Assembly: GCF_001545095.1 (NCBI RefSeq)
Contig: NZ_CP013213.1
Coordinates: forward strand, 1,380,001-1,412,000
Direction of reading: 5' to 3'
Source of the DNA: Erysipelothrix larvae
Lineage (GTDB): Bacteria; Bacillota_I; Bacilli_A; Erysipelotrichales; Erysipelotrichaceae
DNA length: 32,000 bases
Shown here: positions 20,269 through 28,311 of the stretch, piece by piece
How the letters are laid out: every line of letters begins with the position of its first letter
Numbering within the stretch: the first letter of the stretch is position 1
Made by a program: the position numbers and the translations under genes
Notes under the pieces: generated by a model
Databases searched by the model: none
What the model was told of the DNA's origin: nothing
The model's input: the letters and a program-made list of their open reading frames with translations, nothing else

Positions 20269-20277
20269 ATTATACCA
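20269..20277 (-). promoter_or_regulatory. Possible extended -10 (TGGTATAAT) internal promoter for hsdS-hsdM
   Basis: The minus strand reads tgtagaTGGTATAATtaaa within the 222-bp hsdR-hsdS gap. I see no good -35. Confidence 0.35.
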
Positions 20278-20333
20278 TCTACACAGTTTGATTTGAGCGT
20301 ATAATTTACTTAATATACAATATGTAACATAAG

Positions 20334-23300
20334 TTACTCGTTCTTCTTGATTTCATCTGCCATTTCATAAAATGCTTTTCGTAGTTCAATGCGATATTTT
20401 ACCCATGATAATGATGCAACGTCTGCTTCTGCAATTGATGAATAGACATCTTTTGCATCATTCATGATTGCTGTAAGTTCTCCTTGTTTATTCATATCTT
20501 CTTGCCCAAATCTGTGTTTTTTTATTAAGTTGTCAAGCTCTTTAGGTTTGACACTATTATCCAATCCCCATTGTCGGATAAAATTCGTGATTAGAAGGAT
20601 ATTTCCATCTCGATACATGCGATCGATTTCTTTTTCCATTTTATCTACGCTTCTGGGAGCTGGATACTTATCAAACACAAATTCTTTTGAGAATATCTTT
20701 GATACGAATTGCTTGAACTTTGATTTGACACTGTCATTATCTGATTTAGCAATTTCGATAAGTATTTCTTTTTGTGTTTCTGCTGCTTGTGACATATCGT
20801 TTGCATTTACTTCATCTGCCATCTTAGCGATTAGCTCTATTAAATAATCATAATTGATTGTGACGTCATGAATATGTACCATTGATAGATTTATTTGTGA
20901 AATATCAATATCCTCACGTTTTGACCTTCTTTCGACAAGCTCATTAGCCAATACTGTTGTGAGTATAACTTCTTGATCCTCTGTAATTCCGATTCTATTG
21001 TAGAATTCTTCAGGATTGTCGTATGCAGATACTGGTACTTTATTGTCATCTTCGGAGTACTGCTTAAGTTGACTTAATAAGCGATTATAATCATTGAGTG
21101 CGTCAAATACTTCATCTTGTGCTCTTTCACTTGGAGGAAGCTTATTAAAATCATTCGTAAGTTCAGCAAGTTTATTCACCACTGCCTTAAGTTCAGACTG
21201 TACTTCACTAAAAGGCCTAGAAATAATATTGTCTTCTGTATTCTTTGATTTTAGTTCACTCAGTGATTGTTGTTCGTCAGCTGAGGCTCTATTTGAATAT
21301 ACTGCAAATGCTTTATTCATTTCGTATTCGTTTTGTACTGGCCATCGATAATTCACAACATTACCCCATGGTTTGTCAATTGAATTATGAACTCGATTTG
21401 TTCGTGAGTATGCCTGTATCAAATTTCTCCCTTTAAGAGTTCGGTCAATGTATAGTGTATTGAGTTCAGGAGCGTCAAAGCCTGTCAACAATTGATCAAT
21501 TACAATTGCGAGGTCTAGATACTTACCGTCATCAGATGTCTTATTGAGACGTCTGGATAAGTCCTCTGTGTAGGCTTTGACACTTGTCATATCAAATACG
21601 GTTCCAAAAGTATTATTATAATAGTTTATTGCTCGATGTAAGTTAGTGTTTGTCTTGAGTTGATGAACACTGTTTGATGTATCCACTGAGAAACTTATAC
21701 CTATCTTCAATCGTTCGCTCTCAGGACGTATTTTGTTCTCTTCCACGATTCGATCAAAATATTCCATTGCACGGGGAGTACTTGGACGATTACCACCCAC
21801 GTGAACCGTTAATAATGCATTGTACTTCCGATCATTAGAGCGCTTTCTCCAATTGTCAAAGATATCTTTGACCACCAAGTCTACATGGTCAGGACTAATA
21901 TCATAAACGCTTCCTTTTATCGTGTCATCAATGTCATCAGCAGATGGATTGAGCGGGGCTTCAATTGTTTCTTTGAATTCAACATTGAAACCAAGAACGT
22001 TTCGATCTGCAATGGCTTCTTTAATTGTATATGCGTGAAGAAGATCACCAAATATTTCTCTTGTTTCCGGGAAACGTGGCGTCCCTGTATATCCTACCCA
22101 TGCAGCATTAGGTATTTTACTTCGAATATTCTTTAGCATTCCTTCATTATCTGATCCATCACCTGTTGATCGATGTGCCTCATCAACAATAAACAGAATG
22201 CGTTTGTTTAGTGGCTTAAAGTGTTCCCGCATGACGTAGCGTGACATTTTTTGAATACTTGTTACAATGATGTTCTTGTCGCTCTTTTTTGTGAGTTTAT
22301 TGTGGAGGTCTGATACATTGGCTGTATCCGCTACCACACCACTTTTACCTTCAAATCCTGCGATTGGATCATATGCTTGATATGCGTCTACTGTTTGGTT
22401 TGTAAGTGCAATCCGGTCAACAAGGAATACAACCTTATCAACATTTGGCATTTTGCTTGCAAGCCATGCAGTTTTAAAACTTGTTATAGTTTTACCGCTT
22501 CCTGTCGTATGCCATATATACCCCAATTGTCCTTCATCGTAGCTAAAGTTAAATCCTTTCACTTTCTCAATAACTTGTCTCGTTGCATAAACTTGATAGG
22601 GGCGCATCACTTTAATCCCCTCTTTATTTTTGGTTCCGTCTAGCACCATATAGCGTGTAGCAAGATCATGTGCCATCGGAATGGACAATACGTTATCTGA
22701 GAATTCCCTCCATGAACGGACTGGCTTAGCGTCTTCTTCTGTTTGCCAATTAAACGCAAACGCACGATTAAATCCATCAAGTGTTGTATTTGCCATGTAT
22801 CTGATATCGTGTGGAGTCATCGCAACCAAAATCTGGACCGTCGAGAAGATATCACTAAATTGTCTTTCAGCAATATATTGTTTCATTTGATTTAGGGATT
22901 CTGTAGCCGAATGAAGCGCTTTCTTGAGTTCAATTTGAATTATTGGCAAACCATTTATCAGCATAGTAACATCAAAACGTCGATTCATTTTTCCATCCAC
23001 AATTCGTTTTCTTTCGATTTGGTTTACTACCTGATATACTGTTGAGCCTCCGCCCACTTGAGCTTGATCAAAAACAGTTAAAAATACATGTCTTCCATCG
23101 TCTAGATCAACTTCTATTTCTGAAACACCGTTCACTCCATATAAGAATTGTCCCGCTTTATACGGAGTATCAATAGCGTTAATTATTTTTTTGACTTGAT
23201 TGAATTCTGATTCAGATAAGGAACCATTGATTCGACCTTGATTGTTTTGTTCGAGAATGTGTTTAAAGTTAAGCCATAGATGCTCAGTTGATTTGATAGA

Positions 23301-23405
23301 AGGCATATATTCCCATTGCTTTACACCGCCAATTTGAGTTAAATACTCAATGACTTCATTTTCAAATTGAACCTCTGATTGATTCTTAATCCCTTTGTTA
23401 ATCAT
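20334..23405 (-). CDS. hsdR: Type I restriction endonuclease subunit R
   Basis: 1023 aa with helicase motif I HTTGSGKT, motif II FIVDEAHRS and motif III-like GYTGTP, plus an N-terminal type I nuclease-like region. Its ATG 23405 overlaps the upstream gene by 8 nt. Confidence 0.9.
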   Translation of the reverse strand: MINKGIKNQSEVQFENEVIEYLTQIGGVKQWEYMPSIKSTEHLWLNFKHILEQNNQGRINGSLSESEFNQVKKIINAIDTPYKAGQFLYGVNGVSEIEVDLDDGRHVFLTVFDQAQVGGGSTVYQVVNQIERKRIVDGKMNRRFDVTMLINGLPIIQIELKKALHSATESLNQMKQYIAERQFSDIFSTVQILVAMTPHDIRYMANTTLDGFNRAFAFNWQTEEDAKPVRSWREFSDNVLSIPMAHDLATRYMVLDGTKNKEGIKVMRPYQVYATRQVIEKVKGFNFSYDEGQLGYIWHTTGSGKTITSFKTAWLASKMPNVDKVVFLVDRIALTNQTVDAYQAYDPIAGFEGKSGVVADTANVSDLHNKLTKKSDKNIIVTSIQKMSRYVMREHFKPLNKRILFIVDEAHRSTGDGSDNEGMLKNIRSKIPNAAWVGYTGTPRFPETREIFGDLLHAYTIKEAIADRNVLGFNVEFKETIEAPLNPSADDIDDTIKGSVYDISPDHVDLVVKDIFDNWRKRSNDRKYNALLTVHVGGNRPSTPRAMEYFDRIVEENKIRPESERLKIGISFSVDTSNSVHQLKTNTNLHRAINYYNNTFGTVFDMTSVKAYTEDLSRRLNKTSDDGKYLDLAIVIDQLLTGFDAPELNTLYIDRTLKGRNLIQAYSRTNRVHNSIDKPWGNVVNYRWPVQNEYEMNKAFAVYSNRASADEQQSLSELKSKNTEDNIISRPFSEVQSELKAVVNKLAELTNDFNKLPPSERAQDEVFDALNDYNRLLSQLKQYSEDDNKVPVSAYDNPEEFYNRIGITEDQEVILTTVLANELVERRSKREDIDISQINLSMVHIHDVTINYDYLIELIAKMADEVNANDMSQAAETQKEILIEIAKSDNDSVKSKFKQFVSKIFSKEFVFDKYPAPRSVDKMEKEIDRMYRDGNILLITNFIRQWGLDNSVKPKELDNLIKKHRFGQEDMNKQGELTAIMNDAKDVYSSIAEADVASLSWVKYRIELRKAFYEMADEIKKNE

Positions 23406-23976
23406 TTAGATTGTCCTCCATTATTGTTAACGTTAATTGTTCAATTAGCGTTGTATACTTTCTTAAATGTTTTTGAATATTAAGCATTTCCAAGTAGCTT
23501 TCACCAATTCGCCTTTGCTTATCAAAAGGTGGGTAAGGAATAATCATCCTGCTAATTGAGGTAAGGGTTAGCCTTAATACTGAACCACTACCCTGTGATT
23601 CCCGCTCTTTTTGTCGTTGGAACCCTTTGAAAGCATTAAATATATATATAAAATATCCTTTATCAAGCAAAGTATCGTCGAATTCCACTTTTATAAAGTT
23701 GAGTGATAATACCTTTCCAGCATTGTTTGATGAGACGACTGTGGCAAGTTGCATAGAGTTGCTAATTAATATATCACCTTCATTAACAAATATTGCGGGG
23801 TCATAGATCTGTTCATTATTATTAAATAATGACTTGGTCATATTTTCAAAGTCTGATTCAAAAGAGCTTTGATCGTAAAACTCATCGCATTCATTCAAAC
23901 CATATTTTTCACGCCTTGACTGATTGATTCCTGGTGTTAATTTAACATATTCATCCACCCTTCTATTTTCTATCAT
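23398..23976 (-). CDS. Half-size, single-TRD HsdS-like specificity protein; first gene of the R-M operon
   Basis: 192 aa with Methylase_S-like features: GDILISNS, then LTLTSISRMIIPYPPFDKQRRIGESYLEML and a C-terminal helix. A strong Shine-Dalgarno (aggagg, then 6 nt) precedes ATG 23976. Confidence 0.65.
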   Translation of the reverse strand: MIENRRVDEYVKLTPGINQSRREKYGLNECDEFYDQSSFESDFENMTKSLFNNNEQIYDPAIFVNEGDILISNSMQLATVVSSNNAGKVLSLNFIKVEFDDTLLDKGYFIYIFNAFKGFQRQKERESQGSGSVLRLTLTSISRMIIPYPPFDKQRRIGESYLEMLNIQKHLRKYTTLIEQLTLTIMEDNLND

Positions 23977-24017
23977 CTTCGTCCTCCTTCTATGCGAAAC
24001 GATTATTTGTTATACTT

Positions 24018-24036
24018 CGATATTACAATAATATCG
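24018..24036. promoter_or_regulatory. 8-bp-arm palindrome cgatatta-caa-taatatcg overlapping the R-M promoter -10
   Basis: The arms at 24018-24025 and 24029-24036 are exact reverse complements. The half-site aataatatcgt recurs at ~24081-24091. Confidence 0.5.
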
Positions 24037-24056
24037 TCCCGAAGTTATTTTGTCAA
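24028..24056 (-). promoter_or_regulatory. Sigma-A-type promoter of the type I R-M operon
   Basis: Minus strand reads a perfect TTGACA (24056-24051), a 17-nt spacer, then TATTAT (24033-24028). This is about 50 nt upstream of ATG 23976. Confidence 0.6.
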
Positions 24057-24117
24057 CACTTTTTGTAATAATCGCATATTTAATAATATCGTTATTTGCC
24101 GTCATTAATCCTATAAG

Positions 24118-24241
24118 ATCTTGTTCTCAGAAAACGCAAGTACTAAAATTAAGTATTTAGCCATATATGACGCATTTTTGTTTCGATTTTAATACAATTT
24201 AGTTGGCCTCTAAATGTGAATAGGTACATCTATTTCTCCAT
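24118..24241 (+). repeat. Copy 2 of the ~123-bp direct repeat (partner at 10783-10905)
   Basis: See the copy 1 entry. It has the same orientation and also lies upstream of a minus-strand defence operon. Confidence 0.8.
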
Positions 24242-24824
24242 AAGGCGCTCTTTTCTGTAGAAGTATGCATGAGTTCTCATATACCATTAAGAATGCACAA
24301 TATCCCTGTAGATATGTAATTGAAATTTGGATGATCTACACTTTAGTAGAAAGTAAATAAAAGTGATATCTTAAAAAATGAACTAGAAACTGAACCAAGG
24401 AGTGCTTATTGAAAAAGAATTGTTGGATTAAACATATCTAGCCAAACATCACAAAAGATTGCACAAACTCTATCTATAAAATCAAACAGAAAAAGATATA
24501 TAGAAGAATTGCAAGATTAAAGAAGAATGTTTCAATCTAAGTGTAGATATTGAAATTTTCACGGCGGTAAATATTGAACTTTAGATTTTGACTATCGTTA
24601 TAAGTTAAACTAACATCAACTAGATATTGAGAATGTTGCAAAATACTCTCTACCATCTTTCGGATACAATTTAAAAAATTCAATCCATAGATTATCAATT
24701 AAAACAGTGATATTTAACGAATTTTCATGATTCTTGTCATTAAATATTTCACAATTTAATTATTTTCTTGTCCTTATTTTCTTAAATAACTTAAGTTATA
24801 CTAAACATATAAGGGGGAATTCAT

Positions 24825-25652
24825 ATGGCTTTAAACGACATATTCTCAATGCAACCCTATCTTGTGACATCGATGCATTACTTTTACCTATCTAAGTCTT
24901 GTTGGAACCATAATCAAGAGAATATGAAGGTATATTATGAAGAGTTTTCAAACCATGAACAGGATGTGATTATTGATATCCTTCCGGATGGTTTCTCTAC
25001 GATTTGCTTTGAGATTGGACCACATAGATGTACCGCTATATATTTTGGAAAAACACCCAAACAAAAAACAGTGTATTACCAGAAAGGTTACACATACTTC
25101 ACGGTTAAAATACCGCCAAATTATATATTACCCGATACAATAGATCCTATTAAAACATATCAAAATAAAGTGACCCGACTCACCAAATTCACGCATGCAT
25201 TTGATGAATTTAACTATGATAATCTGTACGCATTAAGTTTCCAAGATAAAATTACGTATTTTCAAACATATACGGCCTCACATCTGGATTTGATGGTGGA
25301 TCCTCTTATTGATTATGTTGTGACACGATCCATTGAAAATCAAGAAACTGTATTTATCGATACCATCGCTCAAGAACTTGAAATAAGTAGCCGATATATT
25401 CGAAAAGTATTTAGTGAGAAGGTTGGTATCAGTCCAAAACGAACCATTCAATCCATTCGCTTTCAAAATGTCTTATCAGGACTTATCGACGATAAAAAAG
25501 GGATCACCGAGACATCACTTGATGCTGCATTCTTCGATCATCCCCATTTAAATAAATTCTTTAAGGAACATGCAAACCGTTCCCCTTCAGATGTTCAGTT
25601 GTTTCTATCCCAAAAGCGCACACAACGGCATAACAAGAACGAGTCCAGGTAA
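24825..25652 (+). CDS. AraC/XylS-family transcriptional regulator
   Basis: 275 aa with a C-terminal double HTH (IAQELEISSRYIRKVFSEKVGISPKRTIQSIRFQN ... FFDHPHLNKFFKEHANRSPSD). The Shine-Dalgarno aaggggg precedes the ATG. Confidence 0.85.
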   Translation: MALNDIFSMQPYLVTSMHYFYLSKSCWNHNQENMKVYYEEFSNHEQDVIIDILPDGFSTICFEIGPHRCTAIYFGKTPKQKTVYYQKGYTYFTVKIPPNYILPDTIDPIKTYQNKVTRLTKFTHAFDEFNYDNLYALSFQDKITYFQTYTASHLDLMVDPLIDYVVTRSIENQETVFIDTIAQELEISSRYIRKVFSEKVGISPKRTIQSIRFQNVLSGLIDDKKGITETSLDAAFFDHPHLNKFFKEHANRSPSDVQLFLSQKRTQRHNKNESR

Positions 25653-26306
25653 CATATTTGATACTGAAAACGATCGAATCTGTAACAAGTTAAACCCTGT
25701 TGCGATTAAAATTATGCCTCCCAATGCCTCAAAATCTTGAATGAGTAAGGGCGTGGTTAGTGGCAAGATAAAGCGTCCAATTGTAAACATCAATAACAAG
25801 ACAATCAGTTGTGGTATCGCAATAAATGCGACCATGATTCCCAAACTTGCGCCAAAGATTGCGGCCGTGACTCCGTCTAATATTGACTTTAGAACCAACA
25901 TTGAAGGATCACCACTCATACTCTCACTCATCGCGCCAATAATGCCAAAGGCACTTGCGCAAAATAAGACAATTACGGTGATTAATTCATTCATCGTATC
26001 ATCTGTGTCACTTGAGTTTGCTTTTGATATGCGTGCAAGTGGTTTTTTTGCTTTTGTAGCGATGTTTTTAATGATTCGCTCGATTTGAAGCATTTCACCG
26101 ATAATAACACCGATGAGTAACGCTAAAACGACACCGGTCTTATTATGCATGCCAATAACCATCTTAATTCCTAAACTAAATGCCACAAGTCCAAAGGTTA
26201 ACGGGAGTTTTCGTTTTAAGATATCAGGAATGAATCTTCCTAAACTTGCACCAACCAATCCACCAATAAAGGTTGCGGTTGCGTTAATAAGTGGTCCTAC
26301 TGGCAT
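25605..26306 (-). CDS. DUF554 (YqgA/YdfK-like) integral membrane protein
   Basis: 233 aa and highly hydrophobic, with several predicted TM spans. The N-terminus MPVGPLINATATFIGGLVGASLG resembles the DUF554 family as I recall it. Confidence 0.6.
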   Translation of the reverse strand: MPVGPLINATATFIGGLVGASLGRFIPDILKRKLPLTFGLVAFSLGIKMVIGMHNKTGVVLALLIGVIIGEMLQIERIIKNIATKAKKPLARISKANSSDTDDTMNELITVIVLFCASAFGIIGAMSESMSGDPSMLVLKSILDGVTAAIFGASLGIMVAFIAIPQLIVLLLMFTIGRFILPLTTPLLIQDFEALGGIILIATGFNLLQIRSFSVSNMLPGLVLVMPLCALLG

Positions 26307-26323
26307 CTTTATCCCCTTTCATA

Positions 26324-27376
26324 TTATATATATTCATGTGCTTTTTCGCCTTTTAATATACGATTAACCCCTTGGTATAATGCTTCCATTTCCATTTCTC
26401 CAGGGTAAACTGTAACCTCTGCAAGAAATTCAACGCGTTTTGTGATAAGTGATACCATTTGTTTTGAATAAGCAACACCGCCAGTCAAAACAATTCTGTC
26501 CACTTGTCCATAATTCACAACAGCAAGTTGTCCAATTCCTTTCGCTATTTGATAAGCCATGGCTTCAAAAATCAGACGAGCTTCTTTGTCTTGTTCATCA
26601 ATACGACGTTGAACTTCACGCAGGTCATTCGTCTTCAAATATGAATACAGTCCACCCTGTTGGCGATAAAGACGCATCATCGTTTCATACGAATGATTTT
26701 GACACCATTGAATCACTTTCTTTACAGGAAGTGCTCCGGTTCGCTCTGTTGAGAATGGTCCCTCATCATCTGATAGCAAATCAACTAAGCGTCCATTTAC
26801 AAAGATAGCGGTAGTGTTACCACCCCCAAGATGTGCCACAATATAGGTAGAATTGTTGAAGTCTTGGTTTAAATCCTGTGCGACACGTTTCGCTATCGCT
26901 CGGGTATTAAGCATGTGTCCTAAACTTTCACGTTCAATACCACAAAGTCCTGATATACGGCTGATGGGTTCTAATTCATCAACTGTTACTGGATCATAGA
27001 TATAGGCCTTTGCATGGTGTGTTTCTTTTTGAAGAAGCCACGCCATGGGTGCACCAAGGTTTGCAGCGTGATGATTGCGAGGACGATTTTTTAAATCGTC
27101 CAACATCGTTTCATTGATTTCATATCCTCCTGATTTAAGAGGTTTTAATAGCCCACCCCGTGCTGCAATTCCATCCACACCCTTAAGGTCAATCGCCCAC
27201 GATTCAAGGGTGTGTTTTATGTCTTGAAATCGCATATCCAATTGTTGCGCGATTGTTTCAAATTGACATACTTCATCATTAGTATATTGAATGGTCGTTG
27301 TGTGAAGCGGTTTATCGTTTTGCCAATACGCTAATTTTGTCGAGGTTGCCCCTGGATTAATGACGATTATGTTCAT
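26324..27376 (-). CDS. buk: Butyrate (short/branched-chain acyl) kinase
   Basis: 350 aa in the ASKHA fold, starting MNIIVINPGATSTKLAYW, with later HLGGGNTTA and LTGGVAYS. Its ATGA start overlaps the ptb stop. Confidence 0.8.
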   Translation of the reverse strand: MNIIVINPGATSTKLAYWQNDKPLHTTTIQYTNDEVCQFETIAQQLDMRFQDIKHTLESWAIDLKGVDGIAARGGLLKPLKSGGYEINETMLDDLKNRPRNHHAANLGAPMAWLLQKETHHAKAYIYDPVTVDELEPISRISGLCGIERESLGHMLNTRAIAKRVAQDLNQDFNNSTYIVAHLGGGNTTAIFVNGRLVDLLSDDEGPFSTERTGALPVKKVIQWCQNHSYETMMRLYRQQGGLYSYLKTNDLREVQRRIDEQDKEARLIFEAMAYQIAKGIGQLAVVNYGQVDRIVLTGGVAYSKQMVSLITKRVEFLAEVTVYPGEMEMEALYQGVNRILKGEKAHEYI

Positions 27377-28311
27377 AGCACATCCTCACAAATTGCAAGT
27401 GCAAGCATTAAGGAATACAGTTTTTCTTGGGATGATGATCCACGTGATGTCATGACAATCGGAACATTTGCACCCCATACAATTCCTGCCATGGATCCTT
27501 GTGCAAGTGTAGTGATACTTTTCCCTAAGACATTCATCATATCGATGTCTGAGCCAATGAGAATATCGGCATTACCCGCAACTGGATGCTCATAATGTTT
27601 TTTCTTTGCACTGTCTAAACTCAGCGCAATATCTAGGGAAATTGGTCCAGCTGCATTACAGGCAAAGGTATAGTCTGTCATCAGGAATTCTTGAAGTTGA
27701 CGTGCTTCAATTGAGTCCTTATGCTTTTGATTAACATGCTCTGCGGCACTTAATATCGCGATGTTTGGTTTTTCAATTCCAAGACGATGGGCGACTTCAA
27801 GTACATTCAGGGCAATTTCTTGTTTCATTTTAAAATCAGGGTGTACGACCATCCCCCCATCAGTTGTCAGTAATACCTTATGATAGGTGGGGATTTCATT
27901 GAGGGCAATATGGGTCAATAATCGATCCCCGACAATGCCCTGTTCTTTATCGATGATTGCTTTAAGGAAATCACGGGTTTGAAGATAGCCTTTCATCAAC
28001 ACATCACATTGTCCATTTTTTATGGATGCAACTGCTTTTTGTGCACTATCACAATCATCACTTGAAGGCACGATGTCATAGGCTTCTTGTATATCATATT
28101 GCTTTGTGAGAATATCTTTAATCTGTGCTTCATTGCCAAAGAATACTGGATGTATGTATGGCTTAAGTGCTGGATTTAAGACTGCGCTGATGCTTTGTTC
28201 ATCCGCGCACACAACTGCAACATTGCGCTTCTTGGCATTTTCCAACCGTGTTTCCAACTGTTTTAATGTTGTAAGCATGATTTTTATATGCTTCCTTTCT
28301 AAATTACTCAA
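27373..28311 (-). CDS. ptb: Phosphate butyryltransferase (PTA_PTB family)
   Basis: 312 aa, of a size and sequence consistent with phosphate acyltransferases (..VVCADEQSI.., MKGYLQT, GNADILIGSDIDMMN). It is coupled to buk. Confidence 0.75.
   Translation of the reverse strand: MSNLERKHIKIMLTTLKQLETRLENAKKRNVAVVCADEQSISAVLNPALKPYIHPVFFGNEAQIKDILTKQYDIQEAYDIVPSSDDCDSAQKAVASIKNGQCDVLMKGYLQTRDFLKAIIDKEQGIVGDRLLTHIALNEIPTYHKVLLTTDGGMVVHPDFKMKQEIALNVLEVAHRLGIEKPNIAILSAAEHVNQKHKDSIEARQLQEFLMTDYTFACNAAGPISLDIALSLDSAKKKHYEHPVAGNADILIGSDIDMMNVLGKSITTLAQGSMAGIVWGANVPIVMTSRGSSSQEKLYSLMLALAICEDVL

Noticed and set aside
18918-23976. The half hsdS plus the full hsdS as an invertible or shufflon-type phase-variable specificity locus.
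   Set aside because: The window holds no recombinase gene. No inverted copies of the hsdS repeats are shared with the half-S gene, and both genes are in the same orientation.
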